Of a stretch of DNA of 64,000 nucleotides, positions 57,909 to 64,000 are shown in pieces; position 1 is the stretch's first letter, and the number at the start of each line of letters is the position of its first letter. Made by a program: the position numbers and the translations under genes. Source of the DNA: Bifidobacterium breve (GTDB lineage: Bacteria; Actinomycetota; Thermoleophilia; Solirubrobacterales; Solirubrobacteraceae); the NCBI GenBank assembly GCA_945889475.1, contig CAMDBT010000004.1, positions 12,914 to 76,913 of the forward strand, read 5' to 3'. The notes below the pieces were generated by a model. It was not told the DNA's origin. It made no database searches and worked only from the letters and a program-made list of their open reading frames with translations.

Positions 57909-58813
57909 TCTGACGCCCCGTCGGTGTTGGCATCTGGCATCACGCTGGGGTACCACGGTTCGACTGCGAACGGCGCCGGGCTGCGACCAGAGAGCGAGAG
58001 CGCCGCGGCGCGAGCGCCTCCCAGATCGCCGAAAAGGCCGATCACGGTTGGCCCGGAGCCGCAAACAAGCGCCGTTTGGGCCCCGGCGCTGCGGACGTCA
58101 TCGAGCGTCCAAGCGAGTTCCGGTGCTAGCGAGACGGCGGCCGGCTCAAGGTCGTTGACGAGCAGCTCAGGCGGAGCAAAGGCAGCGCCGGCGGCGAGCG
58201 CTGCCACCAGCTCGGCCTGACGCGACTCAAGCTCGGCGGCGCTGCGCGGCAGCGCCAAGCGATCGGCCTCTGCGAAGACGTCGGCGGTCGCGAGGCCGTG
58301 GCCCGCGGGCACGACGAGCACGCCGAACGGCGCCGCTTCCGGCAACGCGCGAAGCTCCTCCCCGGCGCCGCTGGCGAGATAGCGGCGCGGCTTCAGCTGC
58401 CCGGGCACATCGGCGCCGAGCTCGCGCGCGACCGACATCAGCAGCTCTTCGTCGGCAATCCCCGAAACGCGAGCGAGTAGCCGCAGCGCAGCTCCGGCAT
58501 CGGCCGAGCCGCCAGCCATACCAGCGGCGACGGGGATCTTCTTCTCAACCTCAATTAGCACCGCGGCGCCCCGCCAACCGCTGGCGTCGCGAAATCCGGC
58601 GACCGCCTTGTCGACGAGGTTCTCCCCCTCAACGCCGAGGCAGAGCGTCTGGTCGCCGCTACTGCCAAGCTCGGCCGGGAGAAGCTCGAGCGAATCGCAG
58701 AGCGCGACCGGTTGCATCACCGTCACCAGTCGGTGGCGACCGTCGTCACGCAACGGGCCCAGCGTCAAGCCAAGGTTGATCTTGGCCGGCGCCAGCTCGC
58801 GCAACGCGCTCAT
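57905..58813 (-). CDS. ispE: 4-(cytidine 5'-diphospho)-2-C-methyl-D-erythritol kinase
   Basis: APAKINLGLTLGP and GHMP kinase motif (PVAAGMAGGSADA). Confidence 0.9.
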   Translation of the reverse strand: MSALRELAPAKINLGLTLGPLRDDGRHRLVTVMQPVALCDSLELLPAELGSSGDQTLCLGVEGENLVDKAVAGFRDASGWRGAAVLIEVEKKIPVAAGMAGGSADAGAALRLLARVSGIADEELLMSVARELGADVPGQLKPRRYLASGAGEELRALPEAAPFGVLVVPAGHGLATADVFAEADRLALPRSAAELESRQAELVAALAAGAAFAPPELLVNDLEPAAVSLAPELAWTLDDVRSAGAQTALVCGSGPTVIGLFGDLGGARAAALSLSGRSPAPFAVEPWYPSVMPDANTDGASE

Positions 58814-59667
58814 CGCTGAAGCTCCTCGAGCAAGGCGCGGAATTGATCGGCTGAGAGCCGCTCGGCGCGCACGTCAAGTGGCAGTTCGAGCTTCGCCAGC
58901 GCAGCGCGGGCGCGCTCGCGAATCTCGCTGCCGCCATAACCGGCTGTCGCCAGCGATCGCGGCAGCGCTTTGCGACGGTGAGCAAACGAGGCGCGAACCA
59001 GTTTGCGCAGATCGTCGGACGGCGGCGGGCCGGTGCGGTGGAGCGTGACCAAGACAGAATCCACGTTCGGCGTCGGGTGAAAGACGTTGCGCGAAATCGC
59101 CCTAGCGACGCGCACCTCACAGCTCAGTTGGGCAAGCACCGACGGTGCCCCGTAGGCCTTCTCGCCTGGGCTTGCGGCGAACCGTTCACCAACCTCACGC
59201 TGCACCATCGCGACCCAGCTTGTCACCTGCGGCAGCAGCTCGATGGTGCGGAGGATCACCGTTGCGGCGATCCCGTAGGGAAGATTGGCAACGACCTTGT
59301 TCGGTGGCGGATCAAGCTCGACAATGTTGAAGACCATCGCGTCGCCGATATGGAGCGTCGTGTTGGGGCGCTCCGCGAGCGCATCTTCGAGCGCCGGCAC
59401 TAAGGCTTGATCAAGTTCGATCACATGTAGATGGCCACAGAGCGCAGCGAGATGCTCGCTCAAGACACCAAGGCCGCCGCCGATCTCAAGCACAACGTCA
59501 TCCGGCCCAAGCGCCGCTAGGCGATCGATCACGCCGAGGATGTTGGAGTCGATCAGAAAGTTCTGACCTAGCTCATGCTTGGGACGAACATCGAACTGGC
59601 GAATCCGCCGCAAACTTGGCTGGACCGGCAGTTCGCCCTCTCGCTCAGCGACGATCGCGATCACCAC
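58810..59667 (-). CDS. rsmA: 16S rRNA (adenine1518/1519-N6)-dimethyltransferase
   Basis: LGQNFLID, VLEIGGGLG and NLPYGIA motifs. 4-nt overlap with ispE. Confidence 0.92.
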   Translation of the reverse strand: MVIAIVAEREGELPVQPSLRRIRQFDVRPKHELGQNFLIDSNILGVIDRLAALGPDDVVLEIGGGLGVLSEHLAALCGHLHVIELDQALVPALEDALAERPNTTLHIGDAMVFNIVELDPPPNKVVANLPYGIAATVILRTIELLPQVTSWVAMVQREVGERFAASPGEKAYGAPSVLAQLSCEVRVARAISRNVFHPTPNVDSVLVTLHRTGPPPSDDLRKLVRASFAHRRKALPRSLATAGYGGSEIRERARAALAKLELPLDVRAERLSADQFRALLEELQR

Positions 59668-60410
59668 CCGAACAGTTCAGCCGCGTTGTCGTCGATCAGT
59701 CGGTCGAAGCTCGCATAGCCAACTCCTCGCTGCCGGGCTACAAACTCGGCCGTCTGGACCACCTTCGCTGGTGTGTTGCGCTCGCTGCGGCGAGGCTGGG
59801 GAGTCAGGTAGGGGGCGTCGGTCTCAACCAGCAGTCGGTCGTCGGGTACGAGCGCGCAAGCGGCGGCCAGTTCGGTCGCCTTTGGGTATGTGACGTTGCC
59901 GGCAAATGAGATCCACCAGCCTTCGGCGAGGCACTCCTCCAGCCGCGTCGGCATCGTGAAGCAGTGCAGGATCACACGGACGCCGCTGGCCTGTTCGCGG
60001 AGCGTCTCAATTGACAGGTCATCGGCGTCGCGGGTATGGATGATCAGCGGCTTGTGGAGCTCCGCGGCAATCTCAATCTGAGCTTCGAAGGCCAGCCGCT
60101 GGTCCTCAAGCGGTGCTCCGTCTCGGTACTGGTCGAAGCCGGTCTCGCCGACTGCGCGGCAGAGTGGGTCGGCGGCAAGTTCGCGCAGCTCGGCGCGGTC
60201 GGCGCCGGAGAATCCAGTCGCGTTGTTGGGGTGATGGCCGACAGCAGCGAAGACCGATGGAAATTCGGCCGCGGCTGCCAGCGCTGCGCGGGAGCTGGAG
60301 GCGTCGGTTCCGACGGTCAGGATCCGCGTCACGCCGGCCTCGAGCGCTTCGGCTACAAGCTCCGCGTTCGACGGCTCGCAAAAGTCGAGGTGGGCGTGGC
60401 TGTCGATCAT
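59661..60410 (-). CDS. tatD: TatD family metal-dependent hydrolase
   Basis: MIDSHAHLDF, GETGFD and ETDAPYL motifs. I trimmed to ATG at 60410, downstream of the metG stop. Confidence 0.9.
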   Translation of the reverse strand: MIDSHAHLDFCEPSNAELVAEALEAGVTRILTVGTDASSSRAALAAAAEFPSVFAAVGHHPNNATGFSGADRAELRELAADPLCRAVGETGFDQYRDGAPLEDQRLAFEAQIEIAAELHKPLIIHTRDADDLSIETLREQASGVRVILHCFTMPTRLEECLAEGWWISFAGNVTYPKATELAAACALVPDDRLLVETDAPYLTPQPRRSERNTPAKVVQTAEFVARQRGVGYASFDRLIDDNAAELFGW

Positions 60411-60420
60411 TGCTGCGCCC

Positions 60421-61941
60421 CTAGCTCGCTTCGGCTGGATCCTTCGGAAACATCGGCTCGATCTGCTCAATCGCCGCCAGCGAACCGCTGCCGAACTGCG
60501 CGGCCTCGTAACGATCGTCGCTCGCGCCGAGCGCGCCTAGCAGCTTCGCCGCGCTGGCTGGCAGCCACGGCGCCAGCAGCACAGTCAGCGAGCGCAGCGC
60601 CTCGCAGAGCGTCGCCAGCACAACGTCGAGCTGCTCAGCGGCAGCCTCGTCCTTGGCCAGCTTCCACGGCGCGCGCTCTTCGACGTATTGGTTGCAGCGC
60701 CGCACGCGCTCCCAGATCGTCTCCAAAGCTTGCGTCACAGCGGCCTCATCGATCAGCGCCGCGACCTGGTCAGGCAAGCCTTCGAAGTCGCTCGCCAGCT
60801 GAGCGTCGAGTGGCGCGCGTGGAACGACACCGTCGCGGTAGCGGTCGACCATCGCAATTGTCCGCGCCGCGAGGTTGCCGTACTCGTTCGCCAGCTCGTT
60901 CTCGTAGCGGGCCTCGAAGGCGGCCGCCGATACCGACCCGTCGGAGCCGAACGGCACGGCGCGCAGCAGGTAGAAGCGCAGCGCATCAGCGCCGTAGCGA
61001 TCGATCACGGCGAACGGGTCGAGCACGTTGCCGAGCGACTTGCTCATCTTCTCGCCGTCCATCAGCAGGAAGCCGTGGACGAAGAGATGCTTGGGCACCG
61101 GAAGGTCGGCGGCCATCAGCAGCGCCGGCCAATAGATCGCGTGGAATTTGAGGATGTCCTTGCCGATCAACTGGTAGTTGGCGGGCCAGAATCGGGTAGT
61201 CAAGTCCTCGCCCGGCGCGGCGTAGCTCAATGCCGTGTAGTAGTTGAGCAGTGCGTCCCACCAAACGTAGACCGTCTGTTCTGGGTCCCATGGGACGGGG
61301 ATTCCCCAGTCGAGCCCGCGGCGCGAGAGCGAAACGTCTTGAAGCCCGCCGGCAAGGAACGAACGGGCCTCGTTGTAGCGCGTTTTCGGCTGAACAAAGT
61401 CGGGCTGGCTGTCGAACAACGCTTCGAGCCGCTGCTGAAACGCTGAGAGTTGGAAGAACCAGTTCTGTTCGTTCTCACGCGTCAATTCGATGTTGTGGAT
61501 TGGACAGCTGTTTCCTTCACCGATCTCCTGCTCGTTCTTGAAATCTGCGCAGCGCGGGCAATACCAACCTTCGTAGCTGCCTTCGAAGACATAACCGTTG
61601 GCCTTCACCCGCTCGAGAATCTCCCCAACCGCGGCGACGTGCTGCTCGTCGCTGGTGCGGATGAAGAAATCATTGCTGGCCTCGACCTGCGGCATCAGCG
61701 CGCGGAAGCGCTCTGCGTTCTGGTCGGCCAGCACCTGCGGCTCAACTCCCGCGGCGGCGGCGGCTAGCGCGACCGGTTCGCCGTGCTCGTCGGTGCCGGT
61801 TAGGAAGAAGACGTCATCGCCACGCTGACGATGGTGGCGGGCGAGCACGTCGGCCGCAATCGACGTGTAGGCATGCCCCAGATGGGGGGCTGCGTTGACG
61901 TAGTAGATCGGAGTAGTTACGTAGAAAGCGGGCCGGGCCAT
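60421..61941 (-). CDS. metG: methionine--tRNA ligase
   Basis: TTPIYYVNAAPHLGHAY (HIGH motif) and KMSKSLGN (KMSKS motif). ATG at 61941 is preferred over GTG at 61971. Confidence 0.95.
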   Translation of the reverse strand: MARPAFYVTTPIYYVNAAPHLGHAYTSIAADVLARHHRQRGDDVFFLTGTDEHGEPVALAAAAAGVEPQVLADQNAERFRALMPQVEASNDFFIRTSDEQHVAAVGEILERVKANGYVFEGSYEGWYCPRCADFKNEQEIGEGNSCPIHNIELTRENEQNWFFQLSAFQQRLEALFDSQPDFVQPKTRYNEARSFLAGGLQDVSLSRRGLDWGIPVPWDPEQTVYVWWDALLNYYTALSYAAPGEDLTTRFWPANYQLIGKDILKFHAIYWPALLMAADLPVPKHLFVHGFLLMDGEKMSKSLGNVLDPFAVIDRYGADALRFYLLRAVPFGSDGSVSAAAFEARYENELANEYGNLAARTIAMVDRYRDGVVPRAPLDAQLASDFEGLPDQVAALIDEAAVTQALETIWERVRRCNQYVEERAPWKLAKDEAAAEQLDVVLATLCEALRSLTVLLAPWLPASAAKLLGALGASDDRYEAAQFGSGSLAAIEQIEPMFPKDPAEAS

Positions 61942-61991
61942 CCTGCTGAACGCTAGCGGGCGCGCAGGCACGCAGTGAAGCTGTAGCTAGA

Positions 61992-62696
61992 TCAAGGCTG
62001 GCGCTGCGTTCGGCCTGCAGGCGCCAGCCGCATTGCGCCGCGCTGGCGGCGCCCGTTCAGAGCGATCCCAGCGCCGATTGCCGCGCCACTGATTCCAAGC
62101 CCCAGCCAGACCGCGCCGAGCAGCCACGGAGTTGTCGACCGCGGCCGCTTGCCGGCGCGCAGCGGAGCACGCGCGGCCGCCCGCGGCGGCGCCGTTCTGC
62201 GGCCGCGCGGCGCTAGTGGAGCGAGCGGCAAGCTGCTTGGCGCCGCGGCAAGCAGCTCCAACGGATCGGAATAACCGTTGCGCTCGCCCCAGCGCCGCGC
62301 GCCGATAGTTAGAAGCCCGCTGGCGCCAAGCGAGCCCAGTGGCTGACCGGCGAGAACCGCCTCGCCACGGCTGACCTCGCCGTGGCCGAAGCCGATCTCG
62401 GTGGCAGCCAACGGACCGCAGCGCAGCGTTACGCCGCGGCGCCCATCTGGAAGCAGCCCGGCGAAGCTGACCGAACCGCTGCAAACTGCCCGCACCGCAA
62501 CTCCGGGATCACCGCTTAGCGTGACGCCGCGGCGCGCGCCGGCGCGGTACGGATCACTGCGATCGAAATCGAAGCGGGCCGCCAACCGGTGCTGCGCCAG
62601 CGGCCATTGCCACTGCGCCGCATCGGCCGCGACCGGGCTAGCTAGCGGGCCAGCGAGCAGAGCGAAAAAGGCGCAGCGGAGCGCTAACGAGGCCAT
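61992..62696 (-). CDS. secreted, C-terminally anchored LytM/M23-like protein with degenerate active site
   Basis: Signal peptide and M23-like spacing (GVAVRAVCSGSVSFAG...LAGQPLGSLGASG). The HxxxD position reads RRGVT and the HxH position reads LLTIG. There is a C-terminal TM. Confidence 0.6.
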   Translation of the reverse strand: MASLALRCAFFALLAGPLASPVAADAAQWQWPLAQHRLAARFDFDRSDPYRAGARRGVTLSGDPGVAVRAVCSGSVSFAGLLPDGRRGVTLRCGPLAATEIGFGHGEVSRGEAVLAGQPLGSLGASGLLTIGARRWGERNGYSDPLELLAAAPSSLPLAPLAPRGRRTAPPRAAARAPLRAGKRPRSTTPWLLGAVWLGLGISGAAIGAGIALNGRRQRGAMRLAPAGRTQRQP

Positions 62697-62851
62697 CGCT
62701 GACGAGATTAGGTTCGATCTGCCGCGGTGGGCAGCTTCGCGCGAGCAGCGCGACGCGCTCGTTTCAGTGGCGTAACGGCTGACGCCAAAAGCGGTGCATC
62801 AGCGGGTAGCCGGAGACCAGCGCAGTAGCCTGCGGCCGCTACGATTCCGGC

Positions 62852-64000
62852 GTGTCTACCGCGAATCAACCGCCGCTCGCGGTAATCCTTGGCGCCGGCC
62901 GCGCGGCCTGGGGCGGCCTTCCCTCCGCGGTCGTCGACATCCCTGAGCACGGGCGCGTGCTCGACTGGACCCTTGCCGCACTCTCAACGCTCGACGAGGT
63001 CGAAGTCCGCTTCGTCGGCGGCTACCGCGCCGAGGAGGTGCTACGGCGTTACCCGCAGGTGCAGATCGTGCTCAACCCCGACTGGCAGCACAGCGGCCCG
63101 GCCGGCTCGCTGAGCCTTGCCGGGCTCGACGCCGAGCGCCAAACCTACGTCGCCTACTCCGACGTGATCCTCCGCCCGGAGTCGGTTGCCGCGCTGCGCG
63201 GCGCGCCCGGCCAAGTCGCCGTCGCCGTCGATTCGCACTGGCGCAGCCGCTACAGCGAGCGCTCGGCCGGCGACCTCGCCCACGCCGAGAAGGTCCTTGT
63301 CAATGGCTCGGCCGTCGAACGGATTGGCCGCGAGCTAACGACCGAGACCGCCAATGCCGAGCTGGCCGGCATCGTCCGTTTTGATCCTGAGGCGCTGGAG
63401 CTAGTAATCGCGGCGCTAACCGACGGCCGCCTTAGCGCCAAGGCGACGCTGCCAGACATCGTCGCTTTCTGCCTCCAAGCCGGGCTACCCGTAGGCGCCG
63501 TTGATCTCGAAGGTGACTGGGCTGAGCTGGACGCGAAACAGGATCTCGCCCGCTTCATCCTCGGCACCAAGGCCGAGTCGCTGGAGCGGCTGCGGCCGAT
63601 GGATCACGGCGGCGTTATCGGCGCGCAGGTTTCGTTCACCGCCGAGCGCTGGGCGCGTGATCCGAACGTGATCACTGAGCAGATCCTCGCCGAGCTTCCC
63701 GGCGAGCGGCTGATCGTCCGCAGCAGCGCCCACTCCGAGGACGGTTGGCTGGAGTCGGGCGCCGGACGCTACACCAGCATCGCCGACGTTGAGCGCACAG
63801 GCGAGGCCTTGACCACTGCGATCGGCGCGGTGCTGGCCTCGTACGGCACGGCCGCCAGCAATGATCAGGTTCTAGTTCAAGAGATGTTGACCGGCGTTGT
63901 GATCAGCGGCGTTGTGATGACGCGCACGCACGCCACCGGCGCGCCCTACTACGTGATCAACTACGACGACTCATCGCACGAGACCGACGCAGTCACGGCC
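62852..64000 (+). CDS. nucleotidyltransferase domain fused to PEP-utilising-enzyme (PPDK_N / ATP-grasp-like) domain, 3' end cut by window
   Basis: My own translation from GTG at 62852 gives VSTANQPPLAVILGAGRAAWGG... (an NTP-transferase G-rich loop). It continues to ...LIVRSSAHSEDGWLESGAGRYTSI..VLVQEM (PEP synthase/PPDK N-terminal pattern). An in-frame stop at 62807-62809 sets the earliest possible start. The frame stays open to the window end. Confidence 0.7.
   Translation, partial: MSTANQPPLAVILGAGRAAWGGLPSAVVDIPEHGRVLDWTLAALSTLDEVEVRFVGGYRAEEVLRRYPQVQIVLNPDWQHSGPAGSLSLAGLDAERQTYVAYSDVILRPESVAALRGAPGQVAVAVDSHWRSRYSERSAGDLAHAEKVLVNGSAVERIGRELTTETANAELAGIVRFDPEALELVIAALTDGRLSAKATLPDIVAFCLQAGLPVGAVDLEGDWAELDAKQDLARFILGTKAESLERLRPMDHGGVIGAQVSFTAERWARDPNVITEQILAELPGERLIVRSSAHSEDGWLESGAGRYTSIADVERTGEALTTAIGAVLASYGTAASNDQVLVQEMLTGVVISGVVMTRTHATGAPYYVINYDDSSHETDAVTA

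Noticed and set aside
60036-61151. 371-aa plus-strand ORF, with many similar Arg/Ala/Pro-rich ORFs throughout (for example 5170-5739, 27960-28826, 46535-47062, 15159-15575)
   Set aside because: These are antisense or out-of-frame shadows of strongly recognisable genes (here metG and tatD). Their Arg/Pro/Ala-rich low-complexity composition is typical of open non-coding frames in high-GC DNA.
61942-61991. T-box or other leader upstream of metG. I also looked for an L25 leader upstream of rplY and a glmS-type ribozyme near glmU.
   Set aside because: The upstream regions are too short (about 20-65 nt) and show no specifier, T-box or ribozyme core sequences.
62708-62950. 80-aa minus-strand ORF in the region upstream of the nucleotidyltransferase fusion gene
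   Set aside because: It has no recognisable domain and overlaps the start of the better-supported plus-strand gene and the intergenic promoter region. Its composition is again Arg/Ala-rich.

Overview
High-GC, gene-dense bacterial chromosome segment: about 66 CDS, 3 tRNAs and 1 riboswitch. There is no rRNA, no CRISPR array and no transposase or integrase. Most of it is housekeeping operons on the minus strand. (i) 536-6171 is a compact pentose-phosphate operon, rpiB-gnd-zwf-tal-pgi. (ii) 40.6-62 kb carries metG-tatD-rsmA-ispE, glmU-prs, rplY-pth-mfd and mazG-eno-ftsB. This order recalls the mycobacterial Rv1007c-Rv1026 region from memory, so the source is probably an Actinomycetota-like organism, possibly a deep-branching lineage (inference only). 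Between these lie envelope and lipid genes: murB, a Cys-type sulfatase, PAP2 phosphatases, three acyl-CoA dehydrogenases and a GMC oxidoreductase. An accessory-looking block at 19.7-27.7 kb flanks the initiator tRNA and holds secreted or unknown-function proteins. I found no clear multi-gene novel system such as a defence island. The observations most worth follow-up are: a hyper-acidic 14-residue-repeat mini-protein with no basic residues (22138-22491); an ECF sigma factor fused in one ORF to a ZAS-type anti-sigma motif, a TM segment and DDTPPA repeats (32774-34252); a DedA-PAP2 fusion translationally coupled to ispE (56373-57908); a ydaO-type c-di-AMP riboswitch candidate upstream of an M23 peptidase (about 31366-31490); a SNF2 ATPase with a HARP-like N-terminus; an orphan csrA; rhomboid and LytM homologues that appear to lack catalytic residues; and a nucleotidyltransferase/PEP-utilising-domain fusion cut by the window end. 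All family assignments come from motif recognition by eye, not from searches. Many start codons were moved downstream of the ORF-track maximum.
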